Shown one piece after another: positions 1 to 11,434 of a DNA stretch of 64,000 nt. A program made the translations under genes and the position numbers. Every line of letters starts with the position of its first letter. Positions within the stretch are counted from its first letter, which is position 1. Source of the stretch: Candidatus Methylomirabilia bacterium. Lineage in GTDB: Bacteria > Methylomirabilota > Methylomirabilia > Rokubacteriales > CSP1-6. The stretch is taken from contig JBGQEL010000011.1 of assembly GCA_041496385.1 (NCBI GenBank), positions 13,181 to 77,180 on the forward strand, given 5' to 3'. A model generated the notes under the pieces. That model worked only from the letters and a program-made list of their open reading frames with translations, searched no databases and had not been told where the DNA came from.

Positions 1-59
1 TGCGAGCCGTCCGAGGCGAGCCTGTCGAGCGCGGCGGAGGACAAACCGAAGGAGGACGC
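1..59 (+). promoter_or_regulatory. 3' part of rpsB (S2) leader plus RBS
   Basis: GCGGAGGACAAACC resembles the conserved 3' end of rpsB leaders; AAGGAGG RBS before ATG 60; truncated by window edge. Confidence 0.45.
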
Positions 60-830
60 ATGGCGGCGCTGACGATGAAGGAGCTGCTCGAGGCCGGGGT
101 GCACTTCGGCCATCAAACCAAGCGCTGGAACCCGAAGATGCAGAAGTACATCTTCGGCGAGCGCAACGGTATCTACATCATCGACCTGCAGAAGACGCTC
201 AAGAAGTTCCGCGAGGCCTATGCGTTCGTGCGCGACCTCGCGGCCGGCGGTGGCTCGGTGCTCTTCATCGGGACCAAAAAGCAGGCCCAGGAGACGGTCT
301 TCGAGGAGGCAAGCCGCTGCGCGGGCTACTACGTCAACCAGCGCTGGCTGGGCGGGACGCTGACGAACTTCACCACGATCCGGAAGTCGATCTCCCGGCT
401 CAAGAAGCTCGAGGAGATGAAGGAGACGGGCGAGTTCGAGCGGGTGCCGAAGAAGGAGGCCCTCGAGCTCGACCGCGAGCGCGAGAAGCTCCAGAAGGCG
501 CTCATCGGCATCAAGGCCATGGAGCAGCTCCCCGCGGCGGTGTTCATCATCGATCCGCGGAAGGAGCGGATCGCGGTCGCGGAGGCGCAGCGCCTCGGCA
601 TCCCGATCGTCGCCATCGTGGACACGAACTGCGACCCGACGGGGATCGACTACCCGGTCCCCGGCAATGACGACGCGATCCGGGCCGTCCGGCTCATCAC
701 CTCGCGTATCGCGGACGCCGTCAACGAGGGGCGCGGCACGCTGGCCAAGGACGAGGCGGAAGAAGTGGTGGACGCGGGGGACGCCGCCGCCGAGCCGCCG
801 GCGATGGCCGCGGCCGAGGCGGAGTCCTGA
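60..830 (+). CDS. rpsB: 30S ribosomal protein S2
   Basis: [19 protein letters not shown] and [10 protein letters not shown] motifs. Confidence 0.99.
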   Translation: MAALTMKELLEAGVHFGHQTKRWNPKMQKYIFGERNGIYIIDLQKTLKKFREAYAFVRDLAAGGGSVLFIGTKKQAQETVFEEASRCAGYYVNQRWLGGTLTNFTTIRKSISRLKKLEEMKETGEFERVPKKEALELDREREKLQKALIGIKAMEQLPAAVFIIDPRKERIAVAEAQRLGIPIVAIVDTNCDPTGIDYPVPGNDDAIRAVRLITSRIADAVNEGRGTLAKDEAEEVVDAGDAAAEPPAMAAAEAES

Positions 831-833
831 GCG

Positions 834-1439
<606 letters not shown>

Positions 1440-1441
1440 GC

Positions 1442-2182
1442 ATGGCGGCGGGGGCCGACACCCCACGCCCGGCGTACCGCCGTATCGTCCTGAAGCTTTC
1501 CGGCGAGGCGCTCGCGGGGAGCCAGGGCTACGGGATCGATCCGCAGATCGCCGAGCGGATCGCGCGGGAAGTGGGCGACGTCACGACGCTCGGCGTCCAG
1601 ATCGCCATCGTCATCGGCGGCGGCAACATCTTCCGCGGCGTCGCCGCGAGCGCGGCCGGCATGGACCGCGCCACCGCCGACTACATGGGCATGCTGGCCA
1701 CGGTCATCAACGCGCTCGCGCTGCAGGACGCGCTCGAGAAGGCGGGTGTGCAGACGCGCGTGCTCTCCGCGATCGAGATGCGCGCGGTGGCCGAACCCTA
1801 CATCCGCCGCCGCGCCATACGGCACCTCGAGAAGGGACGCGTCGTGATCTTCGCGGCCGGCACGGGCAACCCCTTCTTCACGACCGACACGGCCGGCGCG
1901 CTGCGCGCCGTGGAGATCGGCGCCGACGCGATCATGAAGGCGACCAAGGTCGACGGCATCTATTCGGCCGATCCGAAGCGGGACGCGACCGCGCAGCACC
2001 TGCCGCGCGTGACGTATATCGACGCGCTCAACCGCCGGCTACAGGTCATGGACACCACGGCCATCTCGCTCTGCATGGAGAACGCGCTGCCGATCATCGT
2101 CTTCGATCTGACCCGTTCGGGAAACATCCGGCGGATCGTGCTCGGCGAGCCCGTTGGCTCGATCGTGTCCGGAGGAGGATGA
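1442..2182 (+). CDS. pyrH: UMP kinase
   Basis: [29 protein letters not shown]; start moved to ATG 1442. Confidence 0.97.
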   Translation: MAAGADTPRPAYRRIVLKLSGEALAGSQGYGIDPQIAERIAREVGDVTTLGVQIAIVIGGGNIFRGVAASAAGMDRATADYMGMLATVINALALQDALEKAGVQTRVLSAIEMRAVAEPYIRRRAIRHLEKGRVVIFAAGTGNPFFTTDTAGALRAVEIGADAIMKATKVDGIYSADPKRDATAQHLPRVTYIDALNRRLQVMDTTAISLCMENALPIIVFDLTRSGNIRRIVLGEPVGSIVSGGG

Positions 2183-2742
2183 CGGGGATGCAGACGCTGG
2201 TGAAAGAGGTGGAGACCAAGATGACCGCGGCGCTCGACACGCTCGGCCGCGACTTCGCCACCGTGCGAACGGGCCGCGCGGCGGCGGGGATCCTCGACGG
2301 GATCCGCGTGGACTACTACGGGACGCCGACGCCTGTGAACCAGATGGCCTCGGTCACGGTCCCGGACGCGCGGACGCTCGTGATCCAGCCCTGGGAGGCG
2401 GCGCAGCTCAAGGCGATCGAGAAGGCGATCGTCGCCTCCGACCTCGGACTCACGCCCCAGAACGATGGGAAGGTCGTCCGCCTCAACATGCCGTCGCCGA
2501 CCGAGGAGCGACGCAAGCAGCTCGCCAAGACCGTCCACAAGCTCGCCGAGGACTCCCGCGTGGCGATCCGCAACATCCGGCGCGAGGCCAACGACAAGCT
2601 CAAGGCCATGGCGAAGGACAGGAAGGTCTCGGAGGACGAGGAGCGACGCGGCCACGACCAGGTTCAGAAGACCACCGACCGATTCATCGCCAAAGTCGAC
2701 GAGCTCCTGAAGAAGAAGGAGCAGGAAATTTTGTCCTTCTGA
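2179..2742 (+). CDS. frr: Ribosome recycling factor
   Basis: VRTGRA...VDYYGTPTP...TEERRKQL...IRNIRR. Confidence 0.98.
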   Translation: MTGMQTLVKEVETKMTAALDTLGRDFATVRTGRAAAGILDGIRVDYYGTPTPVNQMASVTVPDARTLVIQPWEAAQLKAIEKAIVASDLGLTPQNDGKVVRLNMPSPTEERRKQLAKTVHKLAEDSRVAIRNIRREANDKLKAMAKDRKVSEDEERRGHDQVQKTTDRFIAKVDELLKKKEQEILSF

Positions 2743-2764
2743 CGATGTGTGAGATGACCCTCGC

Positions 2765-3547
2765 ATGACGCTGAGATCCGCGCGGGCGCCGCGCCAGGCC
2801 GACCTGGGGGCGCTCAGCAAGACCGAGCTGCTCGAGGTCGTGCGGTCGCAGCCGGTTCCCGAGCACGTCGCCATCATCATGGATGGCAACGGGCGCTGGG
2901 CGACGCGGCGCGGCCTGCCGCGCGTCGCCGGCCACCGGGAGGGCGTGAAGACGGCCCGCGCCGTGGTGCGCGCGGCCGAGACGCTCGGCGTCCGCTACCT
3001 GACGCTCTACGCGTTCTCGACGGAGAACTGGAGCCGCCCGGCCCAGGAGGTCTCGACGCTCATGAAGCTGCTCGAGCGCGCGATCCGCTCCGAGCTGCCC
3101 GACCTGATGGCGCGCAACGCGCGCTTCCGGGTGGTCGGCCGCTCCAGCGGTGTCCCGTCGGCCGTGCGCCGGGGGCTCGATCACGTCGCCAAGGAGACGC
3201 GGCACAACACCGGCCTGACCATCCTGCTGGCGTTCAACTACGGCGGCCGCGACGAGCTGGTCGACGCCTTCCGAGCGCTCGCGCGCCAGGTGGCGGCGGG
3301 CGAGCTCGACCCGGAGGACATCGGGGAGAAGGAGGTCGCGCAGGCGCTCTACACGGCCGATATTCCCGACCCCGACCTCCTCATCCGCACGAGCGGGGAG
3401 ATGCGCATCTCGAACTTCCTCCTCTGGCAGATCGCCTACACCGAGCTCTGGGTGACCCCCACGCTCTGGCCCGACTTCGGGGCGGCCGAGCTCTACCGCG
3501 CGATCGCCGACTTCCAGCGGCGCTCGCGCCGCTTTGGAGGCGTATGA
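2765..3547 (+). CDS. uppS: Undecaprenyl diphosphate synthase
   Basis: HVAIIMDGNGRWA, YAFSTENWSRP, DLLIRTSGEMRISNFLLWQ. Confidence 0.97.
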   Translation: MTLRSARAPRQADLGALSKTELLEVVRSQPVPEHVAIIMDGNGRWATRRGLPRVAGHREGVKTARAVVRAAETLGVRYLTLYAFSTENWSRPAQEVSTLMKLLERAIRSELPDLMARNARFRVVGRSSGVPSAVRRGLDHVAKETRHNTGLTILLAFNYGGRDELVDAFRALARQVAAGELDPEDIGEKEVAQALYTADIPDPDLLIRTSGEMRISNFLLWQIAYTELWVTPTLWPDFGAAELYRAIADFQRRSRRFGGV

Positions 3548-4701
3548 AGCGGCTCACGCTCCTGGGCGCCACGGGCTCGATCGGTCTGCGTACGCTCGAG
3601 ATCGTCTCGAGCTTTCCCGAGGAGTTCGAGGTCGCGGGGCTTGCCGCCCGCGGGTCGAACGTGGAGCTGATCGCCGACCTCTGCCGGAAGTATTCGCCGC
3701 GCGCGGTGGCGCTGCTCGACACGGCCGCCGTGGACCGGCTGGCCCGCCTGCTGGTCGCGCCGCGGCCCGAGATCCTGGCCGGCCCGGCGGGGCTCGTCGC
3801 GCTCGCGGGCGAGGTCGAGGCCGACGTCGTCGTGTCCGCGCTCGTGGGCGCCGCGGGCCTGCTGCCGACGATGGCGGCGATCCTCGCCGGACGCACCGTC
3901 GCGCTCGCCAACAAGGAGACGCTGGTGATGGCGGGGCGCCTCATGACGGCGGCCGCTCGGCAGCGCGGCGTGAGGCTCCTACCCGTGGACTCCGAGCACA
4001 GCGCGATCTTCCAGTGCCTCGTCGGCCACAACCGCGGAGACGTCCACCGGATCCTGCTCACCGCGTCCGGCGGCCCCTTCCGCGAGACGCCGAAGGCGCG
4101 GCTCGCGACGGTGACGGTGGAGGACGCGCTGCGCCACCCGACCTGGAAGATGGGCGCGAAGATCACGATCGACTCGGCCACGCTGATGAACAAGGGCCTC
4201 GAGATCATCGAGGCCCGCTGGCTCTTCGACCTCGCCCCCGACCAGGTGGAGGTCGTCGTCCACCCGCAGTCCATCGTGCATTCGATGGTCGAGTACATCG
4301 ACGGCTCGGTGATCGCCCAGCTCGGCGTCGCCGACATGGGCGTGCCGATCCTCTATGCGCTCACGTACCCCGAGCGACGGCCGACCCCTGCGGCGCGGCT
4401 CGATCTGACGCGCGTCGGACAGCTCACCTTCTTCGAGCCCGATGGGGACAAGTTCCCGTGCCTGGGTCTGGCGCGCGCGGCGCTCGCGCAGGAGGGCGCG
4501 GCCCCCGTCGTGCTCAACGCGGCGAACGAGATCGCGGTCGCCGCGTTCCTCGACCGCAAGATCGGGTTCAACGCCATCGCCGAGCTCATCGAGCGCGCGC
4601 TCGCCGCGCCACGCCCCGGCGAGGTCGCCTCCATCGAGGCGTGCGTGCAGGTCGATGTCGAGACACGGCGCCGGGTCGCGGCCTGGGTCGAGGAGCGCTG
4701 A
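3544..4701 (+). CDS. dxr: 1-deoxy-D-xylulose 5-phosphate reductoisomerase
   Basis: LGATGSIG, ALANKETLV, PVDSEHSAIFQ, MGAKITIDSATLMNKGLE. Confidence 0.98.
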   Translation: MKRLTLLGATGSIGLRTLEIVSSFPEEFEVAGLAARGSNVELIADLCRKYSPRAVALLDTAAVDRLARLLVAPRPEILAGPAGLVALAGEVEADVVVSALVGAAGLLPTMAAILAGRTVALANKETLVMAGRLMTAAARQRGVRLLPVDSEHSAIFQCLVGHNRGDVHRILLTASGGPFRETPKARLATVTVEDALRHPTWKMGAKITIDSATLMNKGLEIIEARWLFDLAPDQVEVVVHPQSIVHSMVEYIDGSVIAQLGVADMGVPILYALTYPERRPTPAARLDLTRVGQLTFFEPDGDKFPCLGLARAALAQEGAAPVVLNAANEIAVAAFLDRKIGFNAIAELIERALAAPRPGEVASIEACVQVDVETRRRVAAWVEER

Positions 4702-6104
4702 TGTTCGACGCCCTGGATGCCATCGTGCGCGTCGATACGCTGAAGACGCTCGTGTCGTTCTTCGTCGTCATCGGCGTCCTGATCCTGATCCATGAGCTCG
4801 GCCACTTCATCGTCGCCCGCCTGTGCGGGGTCGGCGTCGAACGGTTCTCCATCGGCTTCGGTCCGGTGCTGTTGCGCTGGCGCGGCAAGGAGACCGAGTA
4901 TTGCCTGTCGGCGATCCCGATGGGCGGCTACGTGAAGATGATGGGCGAGGAGAATCCCCTCGAGGGCGGCGCCGCGATCACCTACGATCCGGCCAAGGCG
5001 TTCGCGCTGAAGTCTCTGCCCGCGCGTTTCCTCATCGTCTTCGCGGGGCCGGGGATGAACTTCGTCCTCGCCGCGCTGATCTTCACGGTGGTGCTCGCGA
5101 CCGTCGGGCGCCCCGTGTGGCCGGCGGCGGTGGGTCGCGTGGTCGACGGCGGGTCGGCGGCGGCCGCCGGCCTCCGGACCGGAGACGTCGTGACCCGGGT
5201 GGACGGCGGCCCCGTCTCGTACTGGGAGGATCTCGAGCGCGCGGTCGCCGCGTCGCACGGCCGCCCGCTCGCGCTGGGCGTACGGCGCGGGAGCACGGAG
5301 CTGGCCCTGACCGCGACGCCGCGACAGACGACGGTGCGCGACCCGATCTTCCGGGACCCGAAGGAGGCCTGGGACCTCGGGGCGGGACCGCAGCTGACGC
5401 CGCAGATCGGCTCCGTGAATGCCGGCTCGCCGGCGGAGAAGGCGGGGCTGCGCGCCGGCGATCTCGTCGTCGAGGTCGCGGGCCAGCCGGTCTTCACGCC
5501 GGACGAGCTCATGCAGGGGATCCAGAAGCGCGCCGGCCAGACCTTCGACCTCGTCGTCGAACGCGCCGGCCGCCGGGAGACCACGAGCGTGACGGCCACC
5601 TCCGTCCGCGAGAAGGGACCGGGAGGTCAGGAGAGCGAGATCGGCAGGATCGGCGTCGGGATCGTCACGAAGGTCGTCCGGTACGAGGCCTACAACCCGC
5701 TGCTCGCCGTCGCGTACGGGTGGGTGAAGACCTGGGATATGACGGTGCTGACCGCGAAAGGCCTCTGGAAGGTCGTCTCCCGGCAGATCGAGTCGTCGAA
5801 CATCGGCGGGCCGATTCAAATCGCCGCCGAGGCCGGCCGCCAAGCGAAGGAGGGCGTCGCGTCGCTCGCGCTCTTCACCGCGATCATCAGCGTGAACCTC
5901 GCGCTCCTGAATCTCCTGCCGGTGCCGATGCTCGACGGCGGGCACCTCTTCTTCTTCGTCATCGAGGGGGTGCTGGGTCGGCCGCTGTCGCTCCGGAAGC
6001 GCGAGGCGGCGCAGCAGCTCGGCTTCGTTTTGCTAATGCTCCTGATGGTCTACGCGCTCTACAATGACCTGGTGCGGATCGACGCGTTCAAAATCTTCCG
6101 ATAG
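4701..6104 (+). CDS. rseP: RIP metalloprotease RseP (M50, two PDZ domains)
   Basis: HELGHF, NLLPVPMLDGGH; ATG 4701 overlaps the dxr stop. Confidence 0.95.
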   Translation: MFDALDAIVRVDTLKTLVSFFVVIGVLILIHELGHFIVARLCGVGVERFSIGFGPVLLRWRGKETEYCLSAIPMGGYVKMMGEENPLEGGAAITYDPAKAFALKSLPARFLIVFAGPGMNFVLAALIFTVVLATVGRPVWPAAVGRVVDGGSAAAAGLRTGDVVTRVDGGPVSYWEDLERAVAASHGRPLALGVRRGSTELALTATPRQTTVRDPIFRDPKEAWDLGAGPQLTPQIGSVNAGSPAEKAGLRAGDLVVEVAGQPVFTPDELMQGIQKRAGQTFDLVVERAGRRETTSVTATSVREKGPGGQESEIGRIGVGIVTKVVRYEAYNPLLAVAYGWVKTWDMTVLTAKGLWKVVSRQIESSNIGGPIQIAAEAGRQAKEGVASLALFTAIISVNLALLNLLPVPMLDGGHLFFFVIEGVLGRPLSLRKREAAQQLGFVLLMLLMVYALYNDLVRIDAFKIFR

Positions 6105-6113
6105 GACGAGGCG

Positions 6114-7211
6114 ATGATCACACGGCGGAAGACGCGGCAGATACAGCTCGGCAACGTCAAGGTCGGCGGCGGCGCGCCGGTCAGCGTCCAGTCCATGACC
6201 AAGACCGACACGCGCGACGTCCAGGCCACGCTGCTGGAGATCTGGTCGCTGGAGGTCGCGGGCTGCGACATCGTCCGCTGCGCCGTGCCCGTCCGGGAGG
6301 CCGCGGAGAAGCTCGGCGAGATCAAGCGGCAGATCCGCATTCCGCTCGTCGCCGACATCCACTTCAACTACAAGCTGGCGTTGATCGCGCTCGAGCAAGG
6401 CGTGGACGGGCTCCGGCTCAATCCCGGCAACATCGGCGGCAAGCAGTTCGTCCGGGAGGTCGTCAACCTCGCGAAGGACAAGCGGATCCCGATTCGCATC
6501 GGCGTGAATGCGGGCTCGCTCGAGAAGGACCTGCTGGCGAAATACGGCGGACCGAGCCCCGAGGGGATGGTGGAATCCGCGCTCCGGCACATCCGGATCC
6601 TCGAGGACTGCGGCTACCCCGAGATGAAGGTGTCGCTCAAGGCGTCCGACCCGCTCATGACGATCGAGGCGTACCGCGCGCTCGCCGACCAGGTCCAGTA
6701 CCCGTTCCATCTCGGCGTCACCGAGGCCGGCACGCCGGGCGTCGGGACGATCAAGTCGTCGGTCGGCCTGGGGGCACTCCTCTCCCAGGGTATCGGTGAC
6801 ACGATCCGCGTCTCGCTCTCCGCCGACCCCACCGAGGAGGTGCGCGTCGGCATCGATATCCTGAAATCGCTCGGATTCCGCAAGGGGGGCCTCACGTTCG
6901 TCTCGTGCCCCTCGTGCGGCCGCGCCGACGTGGATCTCGTCAAGCTCGCGCGCGAGGTCGAGGACGAGTTCCGCGGCCTGAACGAGGAGATCCACATCGC
7001 GGTGATGGGCTGCGAGGTCAACGGCCCGGGCGAGGCCCGCGCCGCGGACATCGGCGTCGCGGGCGGGCGCGGGATCGGACTCATCTTCAAGGGCGGTGAA
7101 GTGATCCGGAAGGTCCCCGAGAAGGACATCGTCAAAGCGATGCGCGAGGAAGTGGACAAGTTCGTCGCCGAGCGGAAGGCCGCGACCGCCACGGCGGGCG
7201 CGGACGCCTGA
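6114..7211 (+). CDS. ispG: (E)-4-hydroxy-3-methylbut-2-enyl diphosphate synthase
   Basis: VSVQSMT, PLVADIHF, RLNPGNIG, SCPSCGR, VMGCEVNGPGE. Confidence 0.97.
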   Translation: MITRRKTRQIQLGNVKVGGGAPVSVQSMTKTDTRDVQATLLEIWSLEVAGCDIVRCAVPVREAAEKLGEIKRQIRIPLVADIHFNYKLALIALEQGVDGLRLNPGNIGGKQFVREVVNLAKDKRIPIRIGVNAGSLEKDLLAKYGGPSPEGMVESALRHIRILEDCGYPEMKVSLKASDPLMTIEAYRALADQVQYPFHLGVTEAGTPGVGTIKSSVGLGALLSQGIGDTIRVSLSADPTEEVRVGIDILKSLGFRKGGLTFVSCPSCGRADVDLVKLAREVEDEFRGLNEEIHIAVMGCEVNGPGEARAADIGVAGGRGIGLIFKGGEVIRKVPEKDIVKAMREEVDKFVAERKAATATAGADA

Positions 7212-7543
7212 TGGGCCAATACCGCACCCACGTCTTCGTCTGCACGTCGGGTGACGACTGCCCGACGCAGGGCGACGTCGAGCAATTCGTGAAGTACCTC
7301 CGCGGCGAGGCGGCCCGGGCGGGCCTCAAGGACGAGGTGCGGATCAACAAGGCCGGGTGCTTCTCGCAGTGCGGGCACGGGCCGATGATGGTGGTCTATC
7401 CCGAGAACGTCTGGTACGGCGGTGTTCAGGCCGGGGACCTCAAGGACATCTTCGAGTCGCACATCCAGGGCGGCCGACCGGTCGAGCGACTCCGCTACGA
7501 GCCCGGCGTCAAGGGGGCCAACAAGAAGAAGGACGCGAAGTAA
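7211..7543 (+). CDS. Thioredoxin-like [2Fe-2S] ferredoxin
   Basis: HVFVC...C...GCFSQCGHGPMMVVYPENVWY; start overlaps the ispG stop. Confidence 0.85.
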   Translation: MGQYRTHVFVCTSGDDCPTQGDVEQFVKYLRGEAARAGLKDEVRINKAGCFSQCGHGPMMVVYPENVWYGGVQAGDLKDIFESHIQGGRPVERLRYEPGVKGANKKKDAK

Positions 7544-7545
7544 CC

Positions 7546-9249
7546 GTGCGCCGGTCGAGGTCGCTGCTCCCGACGCTTCGGGAAGATCCCGCCGACGCCG
7601 ACGCCCTCAGCCACCGTCTCATGCTCCGCGCCGGTCTCGTCCGTCAGCTCGCCGCCGGCATCTTCGTCTGGCTGCCCCTCGGCCAGCGCGTGCTCGACAA
7701 GGTCAACGCCATCGTCCGCGAGGAGATGAACGCCATCGGCGGCCAGGAGATCACGATGCCCGTGATCCACCCCGCCGAGATCTGGAAGCAATCAGGCCGC
7801 TGGGACGGCATCCCCGAGATGTTCAAGCTGAAGGACCGTCACGGGCGCGAGATGTGCCTCGGCATGACCCACGAGGAAGTGATCGCCTGGCTCGCGTCGC
7901 GCGAGATTCGCTCCTACCGCGACCTGCCGCAGATCTGGTACCAGATCCAGACGAAGGAGCGCGACGAGGCGCGGCCCCGCTCGGGCGTGCTGCGGACGCG
8001 CGAGTTCGTCATGAAGGATTCCTACACGCTCGACCCCGACGACGCGGCCCTCGATCGCTCGTACGACGCCCACGCGGCCGCCTACCGGCGCATCTTCGAG
8101 CGCTGCGGGCTCCGCATTCACGTGGTGCAATCCGACACGGGAATGATGGGCGGCCACAGCGCGCACGAGTTCATGGCGCCGAGCGCGGCCGGCGAGGACG
8201 AGATCGCGATGTGCGCCGCGTGCGGCTACGCCGCCAACGTGGAGCTGGCGCGCTCCGTGCCCACGCCGCCCGCGTTGCCCGCCTGGACGCGCGAGGAGGT
8301 CGCCACGCCGGGGGCGCGGACGATCGCCGAGGTGGCGGCATATCTGAACATCGATCCGCGCCTGACGATCAAGTCGCTCCTCTATGTGGCGCCGAAGGCG
8401 GGACCCGTGCTCGTGCTGGTGCGGGGCGACCACAGCCTGCACGAGCGCAAGCTCCTGCGCGCGGTCGGCGAGGAGTGCCGCGCGGCGCATCCGGACGAAG
8501 TCCGCGAGCACCTCGGCGCGCCCGTCGGCTCGGTGGGGCCGCTGGGAGTTCGCGTGCCGATCATCGCCGACGAGACGCTGCGTCAGGGGACCTACGTCGT
8601 CGGCGCCAACCGCGAAGGCTTCCACGTGCGCGGGGTGACGCCCGGGCGCGACTTCGAGTGCCGCTTCGCCGACCTCCATACCGCGGTCGCCGGCGAGGGG
8701 TGCGGGCAGTGCGGCGCGCCGCTCGCCGTGGAGCGGGTGATCGAGGTCGGGAACATCTTCAAGCTCGGCACCAAGTTCTCGGAGGCGCTCGGCGCGACCT
8801 ACCTCGACGAGTCGGGGCGCGCGCGCCCCGTGGTAATGGGCAGCTACGGCATCGGTCCCGCGCGTATCGCGGCCGCGGCCGTGGAGCAGCTCGCGGACCA
8901 GGACGGCATCGTCTGGCCCTGGGCGATCGCGCCCTTCCACGTCTACGTCGTTCCCGTCTCCGTCAAGGACAGGGCGCAGCTCGGAGCGGCCGAGGAGATC
9001 TACGCGCAGTGCTGGAAGCAAGGGCTCGAGGCGGTCCTCGACGACCGCGACGAGCGTCCCGGCGTCAAGTTCAAGGACGCGGAGCTCCTCGGCATTCCCG
9101 TCCGCGTCACCGTCGGCAACTCCTTCGTCAAGGAGGGGGTCGTCGAGGTCAGGAGCCGCCGCACGCGCCAGGAGCGCCGGGTCAGCGTCGACCAGGTCGT
9201 CGCCGCGACGCGCGCGCTCCGGGGCGAGGAGTCCTCGACGTCGACGTAG
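7546..9249 (+). CDS. proS: Proline--tRNA ligase (bacterial type with editing insertion)
   Basis: SHRLMLRAGLVRQ, RDEARPRSGVLRTREFVMKD, EVGNIFKLGTKFS, MGSYGIG; GTG start 7546. Confidence 0.97.
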   Translation: MRRSRSLLPTLREDPADADALSHRLMLRAGLVRQLAAGIFVWLPLGQRVLDKVNAIVREEMNAIGGQEITMPVIHPAEIWKQSGRWDGIPEMFKLKDRHGREMCLGMTHEEVIAWLASREIRSYRDLPQIWYQIQTKERDEARPRSGVLRTREFVMKDSYTLDPDDAALDRSYDAHAAAYRRIFERCGLRIHVVQSDTGMMGGHSAHEFMAPSAAGEDEIAMCAACGYAANVELARSVPTPPALPAWTREEVATPGARTIAEVAAYLNIDPRLTIKSLLYVAPKAGPVLVLVRGDHSLHERKLLRAVGEECRAAHPDEVREHLGAPVGSVGPLGVRVPIIADETLRQGTYVVGANREGFHVRGVTPGRDFECRFADLHTAVAGEGCGQCGAPLAVERVIEVGNIFKLGTKFSEALGATYLDESGRARPVVMGSYGIGPARIAAAAVEQLADQDGIVWPWAIAPFHVYVVPVSVKDRAQLGAAEEIYAQCWKQGLEAVLDDRDERPGVKFKDAELLGIPVRVTVGNSFVKEGVVEVRSRRTRQERRVSVDQVVAATRALRGEESSTST

Positions 9250-9266
9250 CCGCGGCCGAGCCGCGC

Positions 9267-9295
9267 TTGCGTCAATTCCGGATACGTGCTAAATT
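9267..9295 (+). promoter_or_regulatory. sigma70-type promoter of the rimP-nusA-infB operon
   Basis: TTGCGT-17 nt-TAAATT with extended TG at 9287-9288. Confidence 0.6.
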
Positions 9296-9299
9296 CCCG

Positions 9300-9326
9300 A
9301 AAAAGTGGGCGTTGCCCGCTTTTTTT
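9300..9326 (+). terminator. rimP leader attenuator hairpin
   Basis: AAAAAGTGGGC-GTT-GCCCGCTTTTTTT hairpin with U-tract, directly 5' of rimP. Confidence 0.75.
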
Positions 9327-9358
9327 AGTTTTGCCCACGGGCAGGGGGAAAAGCCCAC

Positions 9359-9826
9359 ATGGACGACGCGGAGCGGACCGACCAGATCGAGGAGGTGGTC
9401 ACGCCCGTTCTCAGCGATCACGGGCTCGAGCTCGTGGACATCGACTGGCGCCCGCTGCGGCCCCGCGGGCTCCTGCGCGTGTACGTCGACAAGCGCGATG
9501 GCGTGGGAATCCGCGACTGCGAGCTGGCGAGCCGCGAGCTCGGCGACGTGCTGGACGCGGCCGCCCTCATCGAGGGCGCGTACGACCTGGAAGTGTCGTC
9601 GCCCGGGCTCGACCGTCAGCTCCGGAAAGATCGCGAGTACCGTTGGGCGGTGGGCAAGCGCGTGCGGTGCTGGCTCGCCGGGGGCGGTGATACACGGGGA
9701 CGGCTGACGGACGTCGATCCCGACCGGCTCGTGCTCGAGCGGGACGGCGAGCGGATGGAGGTTCCACGCGCGACGGTGGTGAAGGCTCGCCTGGAGGCGG
9801 AGGTCCCCTGGCCCCGCAAGGCGTAG
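9359..9826 (+). CDS. rimP: Ribosome maturation factor RimP
   Basis: LRVYVDK...DCELASR...YDLEVSSPGLDRQL. Confidence 0.95.
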   Translation: MDDAERTDQIEEVVTPVLSDHGLELVDIDWRPLRPRGLLRVYVDKRDGVGIRDCELASRELGDVLDAAALIEGAYDLEVSSPGLDRQLRKDREYRWAVGKRVRCWLAGGGDTRGRLTDVDPDRLVLERDGERMEVPRATVVKARLEAEVPWPRKA

Positions 9827-9850
9827 AATCCCGGATAGGTGCCGGGTCCA

Positions 9851-11163
<1,313 letters not shown>

Positions 11164-11167
<4 letters not shown>

Positions 11168-11427
11168 CCCGCGAGCCCGCCCGCACCTGTCTCGGCTGTC
11201 GCCGCGTGCGGCCGCGCGGCGTCCTCGTGCGCCTCGTGCGGCGCGGCGACGGCGTGGTCACGGCGGACCCTCGCGGCTCGGCGGTGGGGCGCGGCGCGTG
11301 GGTGTGTCCCGAGGAAGCATGCCTCGAGCGCGCGTTGCAGCGAGGTCGGTTGAGTCACGCGTTCCGGAAGCCGTGCGAGGCTGGGGCGGATCTGGCGATG
11401 GCAGTGCGAACGGTTCGGGGGAGGTGA
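11164..11427 (+). CDS. ylxR: YlxR/DUF448 (RnpM) RNA-binding protein
   Basis: PARTCLGCR...GRGAWVC; sits between nusA and infB. Confidence 0.88.
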
Positions 11428-11434
11428 GGGGGCT

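Noticed and set aside
3534..4700. Apparent 856-aa RseP with long N-terminal extension (likewise extended pyrH, proS, purL, purH, purD, RluA, DUF1232 ORFs)
   Set aside because: The extensions overlap upstream real genes in another frame; true starts lie at the stop/start overlaps.
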